Source of the DNA: a virus | Taxonomy: Duplodnaviria; Caudoviricetes | Reading direction: 5' to 3' (one strand) | DNA: 64,000 bases | IMG/VR virus record: IMGVR_UViG_3300047159_000046 | In this document: in pieces, positions 53,129 to 62,523 of the stretch | How the letters are laid out: each line of letters begins with the position of its first letter | How positions within the stretch are numbered: position 1 is the first letter of the stretch | Made by a program: the position numbers and the translations under genes | The notes under the pieces: generated by a model | What the model was told of the DNA's origin: nothing | What the model saw: only the letters and a program-made list of their open reading frames with translations | The model's database searches: none

Positions 53129-54292
53129 TTAATTTGCGTACTTGTTATTCAGATAGCAAGGCATCAACATTGCAAAATCTATCTTTTCACCCTCAATACA
53201 TACGGCTCTGTTTGAATAGGACATATTCAATTTGATGTTTGATTTTTTAGGATATGAACTTACAATTTGATTTAATGCTTTCAAAGTGAAACGTATCTGA
53301 TATTCTCCTATTTCATTGTTTAGAATAGGTACGTTTGTGGACTTTTGATTTTCATCCGCAATATTGCTGATTCTTAAATTGTTGTCTGCAATATCGAAAG
53401 TAAGTTGATGGTCATCCAAATTTTTGTCGGTATATCCTTTTAATGCTTTCAAAAGCGCATCAACACTCAAAGTGATACTCTTTGTGTCGTCCTTTGGTAT
53501 TACCAATTCCACGTTTGGAAAATGTTCGTTTGCATCAACAAGAATACTATATGATAACAATTCTGTTTCTCCGTCATAAATCGTGAACACAAAATTTTCT
53601 GTATCTCTTTTGTCCACTGCAATACGGCTAATTTCCATTCGGTCGTATTTGTCAAATTTGGTGATAAGTTTGCATACTTGATTAGGTATTGTTATTTCTT
53701 TGTAGTCCTCATCCAAAGAAACGCTCTCAATATCATTTATCGCCAACACATGGGCATCAGTGGCGGTCATCTTTATCTTTTCGTCCTTTGCTCTGAAAAT
53801 ATCAACACAACACATTATAGGTCGGCTCATATCGTCCGAAACATACGAAGAAAAAAATGTTTTTATTTTGTCGCTCAATTCGGCATCTTTGATAGTACAA
53901 ACACTTTGGCTGATTTTGTCCTCTGCCAATATTTTAAAATGATTGATGTTACCAATTTTTATCTGCATATTCTCTGATTCCATATCCAATATTTCATCAT
54001 ACATACGCATATTAACTTCGGACTTGTTTGATAGAGCCGATACAAAATCATACAATGTATCAAAACCTATCACGGCATCCAAAATGTTTGAATTGGCATC
54101 CAACTCACATTTTGCCGTATTCAAGATATATCTTGCATTGTCTTTGCGGTCTTGCAAACGACAAACGCCATCTTTGTCTATAATCAGTTCACATTCTTTT
54201 GCCTCTTTGTTATTGTTGTCTTTCAACACAATATTCAAAGATTTTACTGCGCTTTTCAACTCCTTTGAAGAAATTTTTACACTTGTTGTCAT
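53129..54292 (-). CDS. dnaN: DNA polymerase III beta-clamp homolog
   Basis: 387 aa; VSDDMSRPIMCCV, MTATDAHVLA, ITIP, FPNVELVIPK, LLKALK, MLMPC match the DnaN signature. Confidence 0.8.
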   Translation of the reverse strand: MTTSVKISSKELKSAVKSLNIVLKDNNNKEAKECELIIDKDGVCRLQDRKDNARYILNTAKCELDANSNILDAVIGFDTLYDFVSALSNKSEVNMRMYDEILDMESENMQIKIGNINHFKILAEDKISQSVCTIKDAELSDKIKTFFSSYVSDDMSRPIMCCVDIFRAKDEKIKMTATDAHVLAINDIESVSLDEDYKEITIPNQVCKLITKFDKYDRMEISRIAVDKRDTENFVFTIYDGETELLSYSILVDANEHFPNVELVIPKDDTKSITLSVDALLKALKGYTDKNLDDHQLTFDIADNNLRISNIADENQKSTNVPILNNEIGEYQIRFTLKALNQIVSSYPKKSNIKLNMSYSNRAVCIEGEKIDFAMLMPCYLNNKYAN

Positions 54293-54469
54293 AACTTTTT
54301 TATTTAGTTTATAATGTTTATTTGTTGTCTTTCAACACAGCAAAGATACATATAATTTTTGATATACCAAACTATTTGCTGATTTTTTTTGAATTAAAAT
54401 GAAAAAATAAAGTTTTCAACAATTAATAAAATTTAACTTAAAAAACTTGCATTGTTCATAACAATTTTT

Positions 54470-54660
54470 TAAAAAAGTGCGTGTGTTGTCTTCTCCTTCC
54501 CAGCATGATAACTTTATAACACTCATGACGTATCGTTCTACCACCTTTTTGTTTGTTCGGGTGTGATGCCGTTTCCCGAAATATCTTTGCCTTTTTGTGT
54601 GGCTGTTAGTTTATGTTGTGTTCATATCGTTTGTGTTTTTAGTTTAACTTGTTTCCTTTA
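54470..54660 (-). ncRNA. Structured ncRNA family, copy F (most diverged; MNTT* at 54611-54625)
   Basis: Promoter 54667-54674; compensatory helix CATGA/TCATG. Confidence 0.7.
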
Positions 54661-54792
54661 ACACTACAAAGATACGCATAAATTTATACACTTCCAAATC
54701 TTTTGCAGATTATTTTCAAGAATATTTTAAACACAAAAAAGCGTACGACTTTCACAAGCCATACGCTCCCGTAATTAAAACAACAAACTAAA

Positions 54793-55143
54793 CTAAAAAT
54801 CAAAAGCTATGTATTTTTCGGCAATTTCTGCTTCCCGTATTGTTTCTTTGTCGCAATTAAGGAACATATCATTGTCGGAAGGTGCAATCTGTCTGTAAAA
54901 GTCAATCAGAGCGTTGTCATTGTCGTAATCTACTATCACGTCATACATATCAACACTTGATATATCAACTCCGTCCGCCACGGCATACTCGATGAGGCTT
55001 TCTATGTATCTATCAAAAAAGCGTTTTGTCTTTTCTGCATCTATGTTCAAAGTGTTTCTATAATCAGAAACGTCCAATGAATTGATAACGACCTCTCTCC
55101 GTAATTGTTTCAATTCTGCCGATGTCATATTTCTTTTTGCCAT
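54793..55143 (-). CDS. Paralog family D
   Basis: See 44310..44627. Confidence 0.7.
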   Translation of the reverse strand: MAKRNMTSAELKQLRREVVINSLDVSDYRNTLNIDAEKTKRFFDRYIESLIEYAVADGVDISSVDMYDVIVDYDNDNALIDFYRQIAPSDNDMFLNCDKETIREAEIAEKYIAFDF

Positions 55144-55220
55144 AATGATAATGTTTTTTGTATGTATTCTAAATTTATTGTTGTCGCACCCGTATATGTA
55201 CGGGTACTGAAATTAGTATG

Positions 55221-55697
55221 TTATAATATATCTGAGGGTTGCATTTCGTTCATCACAATAATCTTTGCAAATAGCTGTTTTGTCTTAACAAGCGTGATAT
55301 CCTTTTGATAAAATACATACCTATCTTTGATAGTGTAAACCTTGTCTCCGATATGTACCGCAAAACGGGTGAGGAAATCTTTGCCTTTTGAGGTTTCTAT
55401 ATTGTCTATTTTGCCACAAATAGCCATCCAATCCTTGTCGGCTAATGAGGTGATTTTGATATAGTTTCCACACTCGCCACCCCTTGGCGCATCATTTCCC
55501 GTTTCGTACTTGATATTCATTTCTTGCAATAAGGACAAATACTTGTTGGTATTGTTGATATTGCGTGAGTGTCTGCCATTGTGTCGGCATGATACGGGAC
55601 GGAATATCCCGTTTGACAAACCAAGCACCCAATTATGGATATCTTGATATACGTTGTCGTTTTTGGTGATGTGCAACTTCTTTGCTGCATCAATCAT
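55221..55697 (-). CDS. Hypothetical protein with GNDAPRGG motif
   Basis: 158-aa ORF. Confidence 0.6.
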   Translation of the reverse strand: MIDAAKKLHITKNDNVYQDIHNWVLGLSNGIFRPVSCRHNGRHSRNINNTNKYLSLLQEMNIKYETGNDAPRGGECGNYIKITSLADKDWMAICGKIDNIETSKGKDFLTRFAVHIGDKVYTIKDRYVFYQKDITLVKTKQLFAKIIVMNEMQPSDIL

Positions 55698-55699
55698 TT

Positions 55700-56130
55700 T
55701 CTGCTCTAGTTCTTGTTTTTTATTTACACTGATACGAATTATTTTTGATGCCGTTTAATAGTCACTTTGATAGAGTATGAACCATCGTCCTCGTTCAAAG
55801 CTATTTGTTTTGCACCATTCTCCTTTGGCAATCTGAATACTTGCTCCGTTAATGTATTGTCAAAATAGTCTTCTAAGGTGGAGAAAGGTATTAGCTCCTC
55901 ATCCGCATTGACTAAGAATTGTTTTTGATTATCACTGATTTACATTTGAATTTTGCCAATACTTTTTGAGATTCTGCCTCAATCTCAATCAGACAGCACT
56001 CATTGTTGAATATCTTAATAAATCTGAACTCTCCATTTTCATGCTTGTAGAAGAAATAACAAGGTGTAACATAATCTACGTTTTCGTCAAACACATATTC
56101 AATAATAGTTATTTCTTTTTTAATCTGCAA
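55700..56130 (-). pseudogene. Fragmented paralog of the 48987..49889 gene
   Basis: PC....GEFRFIKI.NNEC.LI versus PC....GEMRFIQI.DDEC.II. Confidence 0.45.
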
Positions 56131-56225
56131 ATAATATCATTGATTTTTTTCCGAAAGCCTATTGTGCGTTTTTTAACATTTGTTCACACAATACACATCC
56201 AAAAAAAAGGATGACCACATTTCTG

Positions 56226-56364
56226 TGACCATCCCTTCAAACAACTTTTAAACTATTAAAACATTAAATGGCAATTATATTGTGCGTTTTTTTTTGTTTA
56301 CCAAGACTTGACCATCCCTTCAAACAACTTTTAAACTATTAAAACATTAAATGGCAATTATATT
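56226..56364. repeat. 56-bp direct repeat (56226-56281 and 56309-56364)
   Basis: TGACCATCCCTTCAAACAACTTTTAAACTATTAAAACATTAAATGGCAATTATATT twice. Confidence 0.85.
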
Positions 56365-57169
56365 TTTTCAGTTCGTCTATATGACCTACAAATAGTGGCA
56401 ATAAGTAGCGTTCCCAAATAGTCCTCAAATAGTGAGAAAGCAAGTCTATATTATGAAATTCATCCTCTGTATAGCTATATGTATAGTTATTAATCAAACT
56501 CTCTGCATTCAACTTAAAATTCTCTGGGTCGTGACAAATTGCTGTATACAAAGCATCAATAACACAATCTCTAATATCCTCCAAAGAACTATCAATGGTT
56601 ATATTTTCGTTGTCGTGAATATCGACTGCATATCTTTGCAGATAGTTCTTTCCTACCTTTGTCAAGAACTCAGATATGTTGTCTCTGTATTCCTCATCCG
56701 ATACGACTGATAGTGCCAAATCAAGTGCCTCACAATCCTCATCAGATAAATTGTCGCATTTGCCTTTTGAAATAATAACATGATTTTCATCGCTGTTATC
56801 CATGTAATATTTGTCGGTCAGTCCCTCTCTTACTTTTCCACTTTCGATAAGTCGTAGTTTGTCATCATATAGGGTGAACATATCACTTTGTTCCACTACA
56901 ACATATTTTTTATTGGGACTGCAAACAATTTTCCATGCACTCATACATTTGACGCACTCCAATTCTTCCTTGGCATCTTTTCGATAATAGAAAAGCGCAT
57001 CACAAACGCCGTCATGGGCAATAACCCACTTGTCGCTGTAAGCAACAATTCCTCGAACCCAATTGGGCATCATTATTTTATTGGCATCATACAACATATT
57101 GTATACTCTGCCCTCGAACTCGCTTAGTTTGGAAATTACTTCCACTTTTGTTAAATCAATTGTCTCCAT
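56339..57169 (-). CDS. Hypothetical protein
   Basis: Start METIDL after promoter. Confidence 0.7.
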   Translation of the reverse strand: METIDLTKVEVISKLSEFEGRVYNMLYDANKIMMPNWVRGIVAYSDKWVIAHDGVCDALFYYRKDAKEELECVKCMSAWKIVCSPNKKYVVVEQSDMFTLYDDKLRLIESGKVREGLTDKYYMDNSDENHVIISKGKCDNLSDEDCEALDLALSVVSDEEYRDNISEFLTKVGKNYLQRYAVDIHDNENITIDSSLEDIRDCVIDALYTAICHDPENFKLNAESLINNYTYSYTEDEFHNIDLLSHYLRTIWERYLLPLFVGHIDELKKYNCHLMF

Positions 57170-57234
57170 TTTACTTTTGTTTTTAGTTTTTTTATTCTTG
57201 TTTCCTTTAACGCTACAAAGATACAACTTTATTT

Positions 57235-57600
57235 TTAATTCTCCAAATTTTTATTCAATTTTTTTATTCTTTGCTGATATTCTTCCCAACCTTTTACATT
57301 GGCGACTTTTAAGGTCACCTCTCTTTTGAACATATCTCCCTCTCTTGAAACTATAGATAGGTAGATGGTTATTTCAAATTTCTCTCTGTCTTGTCTGAAA
57401 GGATTTTCAGATACAAACGCATCAATGAACTCAGATACATTATACATGGGAATCATTGTCTCCAATGTATTCAGAGGACTTGCTAAAAATAATTCTGCAT
57501 TTGCTTTTGTTGGGGTGCTCTCCGTATAAATGATTGAGCCTTTACATTCAGCAATAATGTTTTTTAGCTCGCTTTCGGTAATTCTCATTTGTTGTGTCAT
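57235..57600 (-). CDS. Hypothetical protein
   Basis: Cassette ORF. Confidence 0.6.
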   Translation of the reverse strand: MTQQMRITESELKNIIAECKGSIIYTESTPTKANAELFLASPLNTLETMIPMYNVSEFIDAFVSENPFRQDREKFEITIYLSIVSREGDMFKREVTLKVANVKGWEEYQQRIKKLNKNLEN

Positions 57601-57757
57601 AATTGATAATGTTTAATTGTTTTACACTTGCAAAGATACATATAATTTTTGAACTGCCAAACTTTTTGCCGATTTTTTTACAAAAAAAATAGCCGACTTT
57701 CGCAAGCCAGCTATTTTCCAACTAAATCAAAAGTTATGAAAAAAAATCTTTTCTATA

Positions 57758-58225
57758 TCAATAATTTGCGCCATACACCTCATCCACAAGATGCAACAGC
57801 GTATCATTCTTTTTGATGCTTGTTATAAGCAGATACATTATTACAATGTAGTCGTAATCGGGTCGGTTCTTTTGCCATAATGACTCTATCAATATATCAT
57901 CATTCTTGACTCCGAAAGCTGCCCCCAAATGTTTCTCTATCAGCTCCTCCTTTTCTTTGTCTCCAATGCGGTTGAGAATATAGTCTGCGGTAGAACATAC
58001 GATATCATAATCGAACTTGATATCATTGTTGTCTACATCTATCTCAACCGAACATATATGCTCCTTGTTGATGCTCTCCACCCAAATGCGGTCGGATGCC
58101 ATTTTCATGCTTGTCGCATCTTCCAAGAATATCTCAAGCTCATTAAAATCAGATATTCCCGTTTCTATTGCCAAGTCCTCAATAAGGTTCTTGCACTTTG
58201 TCTCATCAAAATTTGTCTTGTTCAT
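57758..58225 (-). CDS. Hypothetical protein
   Basis: Cassette ORF. Confidence 0.7.
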   Translation of the reverse strand: MNKTNFDETKCKNLIEDLAIETGISDFNELEIFLEDATSMKMASDRIWVESINKEHICSVEIDVDNNDIKFDYDIVCSTADYILNRIGDKEKEELIEKHLGAAFGVKNDDILIESLWQKNRPDYDYIVIMYLLITSIKKNDTLLHLVDEVYGANY

Positions 58226-58433
58226 AATATTGCTGTTTTGTTTTGTTGGGACAAAGATACATCAAAGATTTCAATTATCCAAATAATTTTTCAATTTTTT
58301 TTACACCCGTATATACGGATACTGATTTTGGTATTGGAGACTATACACACAAATGCGCCGAAACTTCACAGCCTCGGCGCATTCAACCAATTAAAAATTA
58401 TCAAAAAAATATATACAATAAAATTTACAAGAC

Positions 58434-58805
58434 TCAAATCTGAATTGAATATTTTTCAAGTTTAACAGCGACAGTGACATCAACCACTTTCTTGTCAAGC
58501 ATACCGAGTCTGTACGCTCCCTCTTCCTCTGCTGATATCTTCTTTCCGTTCTCGTCTGAAAGATATTCGGCAACATAGCATCTTTCCGCCTTGTCGTACT
58601 TCCACCAAAAAGAGAATTTGTTTCCCGTCTGTTCTGAAAGTTTGCGCTCGCACTCTTCAAGGCACTCGCTCACTTTCTTTGACTTGTTGTCAAATACCAT
58701 GTTCTGACGTTTCATGTAACTGCCAGACTTCTGCAAGCCAGCATAAGCCAGTTTCACTCCTCCCATCGCCATCACTGCGGGAACGTACAATTGCTTGTTT
58801 ACCAT
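58434..58805 (-). CDS. Hypothetical protein
   Basis: Cassette ORF with structured leader. Confidence 0.7.
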   Translation of the reverse strand: MVNKQLYVPAVMAMGGVKLAYAGLQKSGSYMKRQNMVFDNKSKKVSECLEECERKLSEQTGNKFSFWWKYDKAERCYVAEYLSDENGKKISAEEEGAYRLGMLDKKVVDVTVAVKLEKYSIQI

Positions 58806-58910
58806 ATTGCCTAAATATTACTCCTAAGGTGATTTGTATAAGGGCTTCACCTTTTGTCCCTGCCTCATCAGCGATACAAAGATACGCCAAATATTTGAAC
58901 TATCCAAATA

Positions 58911-59420
58911 TTATTGCAGTTTTTTCATATTTATTTTTTCCTTTATTCTGAAACTAAGGTTTTTGTAGCCGTAATTCCACAAGGGAAACCTCATATATAT
59001 ATAGTGGGCATCAAGTATCTCCCTTGCCACCTTGTCGTATCTGTTCAACGGCGTTTTATATATGTAAAAATAGAAACCTCCGAGATGGTTATATACGTCT
59101 GCGTTGAATTCTATCGGCTGTCCACAGTCTGTCCGCATATACACTGGAACATACTCCCGTTCCGTTCCGTAGTCCATTTCGGAGCACACAATCATTGAGC
59201 CAGTATATACCGATACCTTGATGCTGCTGTCCTGTCCCATCATGACGGTCATTGTATATCCGTCTTTGTCCAGCTCGGCTATTCTGACCGCCCTCGCACT
59301 TCCTGCGTCACGCTCCATATAATATCCCCATTCCTGTATTCCTGAATTGGCGGATATATATCCTCCGACAAGCAGGAACAGAAAGGTGACAATGATCGTG
59401 ACAAATGTTTTGTTCTTCAT
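58911..59420 (-). CDS. Exported protein with signal peptide
   Basis: MKNKTF-hydrophobic-ISA. Confidence 0.65.
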   Translation of the reverse strand: MKNKTFVTIIVTFLFLLVGGYISANSGIQEWGYYMERDAGSARAVRIAELDKDGYTMTVMMGQDSSIKVSVYTGSMIVCSEMDYGTEREYVPVYMRTDCGQPIEFNADVYNHLGGFYFYIYKTPLNRYDKVAREILDAHYIYMRFPLWNYGYKNLSFRIKEKINMKKLQ

Positions 59421-59661
59421 ATATGATTCTTATTTTTGTTGGCAAATATAAATGTTCTTTCTTTCAAATCCAAACAATTCTGCTGATAATTTCGTTTTTG
59501 CACTCGTATTAACGGGTACTGATATCAGTATATATATAATGTATGGTCACAATAAAGCCTCACCACTTGAGCAAAAGTGTGATGAGGCCTCAACTACTAT
59601 TATATTACATAAAACATCAAAAGCCAATTAGTTTTTACGGCTGTGACCATATTAGTTTTTA

Positions 59662-60228
59662 TCACGCACCATACTTCTTGTACTTGTATTTATTGTTGTA
59701 GGCGTCATGGAACAGACGTACCAGCAGCTGCAGATCGTAGTTGGAATAGTCCGTTTCCATATTCATTGTACATATCATCTTGTCTCCGCTGTCCATCAGG
59801 ATAACCGACTGGTCCCCGTCATAGACAATCTTGGATATCTGTTCTCCGTGATACTTCTCCTCCCTGTCCAGTTTCATCTCCGTGCATATATTAAGCTGTC
59901 TGGCCAGTTCGATGACAATAAGGAATCCAGCCATCTGGCGTTCCTCTGGAAAATTGTCGTCGTCTTTTGACGTTTCGTCTATACGCTCTATCAGATCCTC
60001 GTCATAACTGTTCAGATTGGAATGGGTGAACAGTGTCTTCGGAGTCATCCTGGTAAAGAAATTGAAATAGTATACGGTCACCACGGTCATGATAGCCACT
60101 CCCATTATAAGGCATGTGTTCTCATCCAGATCTGTAAGATATCTGAACTTGGAATTTACCGCCACTGTATATCCTATCATCAGGAGCAGAATGAACGTTA
60201 TTATATGTTGTATTATTGATTTCAGCAT
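59662..60228 (-). CDS. Membrane protein (2 N-terminal TM)
   Basis: Hydrophobic segments at N-terminus. Confidence 0.65.
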   Translation of the reverse strand: MLKSIIQHIITFILLLMIGYTVAVNSKFRYLTDLDENTCLIMGVAIMTVVTVYYFNFFTRMTPKTLFTHSNLNSYDEDLIERIDETSKDDDNFPEERQMAGFLIVIELARQLNICTEMKLDREEKYHGEQISKIVYDGDQSVILMDSGDKMICTMNMETDYSNYDLQLLVRLFHDAYNNKYKYKKYGA

Positions 60229-60372
60229 AATCGTTGTGTTGTGTTTATAAATTGCGTACGTGTAATGCGGGTACTGAATTTAGTATCTGCACGATTGCAT
60301 GTCGCACTTCGTTTTTATGGCTTATCCCGATTGACACCATGGCTATAATGGCCTGTGCCATGATGATCTGTT

Positions 60373-60684
60373 TTATTTTCCGCATATCAGGATCATCAGG
60401 TTGCCCAGTCTGGTATCATTCATTTTCACAAGGACACATCCGTCCGTTTCAACCAGAGGCTCACAGTCCTCGAACAGGCCAATCATTCTGGTCCGTTCGG
60501 TTCCCTCCACCATATCTACCGATGAGGCTCCCTTTGCCAGCCGTTCAAGACTGGACTTTTTCAGATCCTCGTTACTGTCCACTTGAAGCCATACGGTAGG
60601 ATCCTCCTCGTTGGCGATATAGGAGTCGCTGTTCAAACGGCCCATAAACTCTTTTGTTGTCATCTTCTCTTTTAATTGCGCCAC
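60373..60684 (-). CDS. Hypothetical protein
   Basis: GTG start after promoter ~60727. Confidence 0.55.
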   Translation of the reverse strand: MAQLKEKMTTKEFMGRLNSDSYIANEEDPTVWLQVDSNEDLKKSSLERLAKGASSVDMVEGTERTRMIGLFEDCEPLVETDGCVLVKMNDTRLGNLMILICGK

Positions 60685-60796
60685 AGAATGTTAACGGCTG
60701 AGGCTTCCGCTCTAAATTCAACGATACAAAGATATATATAATATTTCAATTATCCAAATATAATATCAAAAAAAATTATAAAGAAATGTTTTTATA

Positions 60797-61786
60797 TTAT
60801 ATTGGATCATCCAGCACATTGTTCTTATACTCGAACGCCCCGAAATTCGTGAGCGTCTTATATACAGCCAGCACTTTAAGTTTATCAGCTCCCTCCCAGA
60901 GTCCAGCATGAATGGTATTCCAAACGGAATCGTTGTCAAACGGCATGACCACAAATACGGGAGCGGGTTTATTCATATCAAAATCAACGAACCAGATTTT
61001 CCCGTTCTCATCAATATTGACTCCGTCATATTTCTTTGCTGATATCTGTTTCAGTCCTTCCTCTACACTTATCCGCTCTATCTTTGCAAACTCCCCACGC
61101 CAGTCCCCCTCATCACAATTCTTGTTGTCATGTGTCTTGTCATAACTCTTCGCCACGTGGATAACAAAAGAATCAAACGGTACATCTGCAAAATCGTCAT
61201 CTTCTGGAACGGCAGCAAGAGCCTCATCGCTTATCTCCTTTTCCACGCCTGTATGTACGGGTACTGAATTTAGTATGTGGTCACAGTCCGCATTTTCACT
61301 GCCAGCCAGCTTAATCCGCAATTTCTGAAAGCCAGCAAGACGTGACTTGAACAGTTCGTTCGTATCATCGAAATGCCGAATATACTGTTCAAGCGTAGCT
61401 TGATGTTCCCGTATGATGGAGCATCCTCTTTTGTACGCATGAATGTTGGCGTCAAGTCTGGCCAGCCGAATTCCTTTGGCCTCATCAAACTTGTCCTGAC
61501 GGCTGCATTTGGCTCTTCCCATAACATAGAACTCGCATGTCCCGTCACCGTTGAACACCACACCCCTGTGGTGAAGCCTCATCGTGCTGTCCACCGAATA
61601 TTCATTCTTATGCTTGATGAACAGGTGACCGTAACATGACAAGTCAATGGTACATTTATAACATACAGAAACCTCCCTTTGAGACAATATCTCAGGACTT
61701 CCGCACTCTTTCATTTTTATGCGGATATTGTTCATATCGCTGCCCATATATAAATCACTCTTTTCTTTGTTCATCTTGTTGCTCAT
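60797..61786 (-). CDS. Hypothetical protein sharing a domain with 6352..6801
   Basis: GRAKCSRQDKFDEAKGIRLARLDA. Confidence 0.7.
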   Translation of the reverse strand: MSNKMNKEKSDLYMGSDMNNIRIKMKECGSPEILSQREVSVCYKCTIDLSCYGHLFIKHKNEYSVDSTMRLHHRGVVFNGDGTCEFYVMGRAKCSRQDKFDEAKGIRLARLDANIHAYKRGCSIIREHQATLEQYIRHFDDTNELFKSRLAGFQKLRIKLAGSENADCDHILNSVPVHTGVEKEISDEALAAVPEDDDFADVPFDSFVIHVAKSYDKTHDNKNCDEGDWRGEFAKIERISVEEGLKQISAKKYDGVNIDENGKIWFVDFDMNKPAPVFVVMPFDNDSVWNTIHAGLWEGADKLKVLAVYKTLTNFGAFEYKNNVLDDPI

Positions 61787-62247
61787 ATTTTTTTAAAATA
61801 GATGTTCTTTTTATCTGACCTGCAGTATGTCTGGCATGAGCCGACATAGTCCGCAACTGGAACCCAGTCGTAATGGTTGAGATTGTAATCGTTGCATGTA
61901 TCATTGAACACACAGTCCTTGCACCTGTCATAATCGTCTTTGCCAGTCCATTCGGTCACTGTCACACGCAAAGCCTCATCGCCAAGCACAAGAACATCTC
62001 CAATAGCAGCCTCATCGGCAGGAGCCTTGTCCTCTTTCAGGAATACATCCGTATTGTCCGAACGGTCGTAATCGTTGCACTTCAACATGGCTATCGGAAG
62101 TTCAAGTTCGGAACTTACGTCAAATATCTTGCATAAACTGTGAAGCATGCACTTGTCACATCCTTTGCCATCATCCGACTTTTCAACCTTTCCCGAACGA
62201 AGCCCCACGGTAATCCTGTCTCCTGTTTTGTAATCTGTCATTCTCAT
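61783..62247 (-). CDS. Cys-rich protein with two CxxC..C..C.RSD repeats (probable metal binding)
   Basis: CDKC....C...C.DYDRSD..DVF and CKDC....C...C.TYCRSD..NIYF. Confidence 0.7.
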   Translation of the reverse strand: MRMTDYKTGDRITVGLRSGKVEKSDDGKGCDKCMLHSLCKIFDVSSELELPIAMLKCNDYDRSDNTDVFLKEDKAPADEAAIGDVLVLGDEALRVTVTEWTGKDDYDRCKDCVFNDTCNDYNLNHYDWVPVADYVGSCQTYCRSDKKNIYFKKI

Positions 62248-62523
62248 TTCCTATATGTTTTATGTTCGCTACAAAGATAATGATAATATTACATATATGC
62301 AAACAAAAAGTGCTGAAACTTTCACAAGCTCCAGCACTTTTCTGTTGATTGTCCTCTACGCCAAGCAGGCCTCAACCGTATTAAACGTGAATAAAAAATT
62401 TAACTACAAAAAAAATTAGTAAAAATGGTAAACTATAAATATCATCAATATTCATTGACACTACAAAGATAGTGTTTGTTTTTTATATATGCAAATTTTT
62501 TATCAATTATTTAAAAATTATTT

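Noticed and set aside
55211-55227. AATTAGTATGTTATAAT resembling an E. coli Ter site
   Set aside because: Partial match in one copy only; the Tus/Ter system is not expected in this host group.
58827-58836. AGGTGATTTG resembling the start of a ToxI antitoxin repeat
   Set aside because: Only 10 nt, single copy, and on the strand opposite the transcript.
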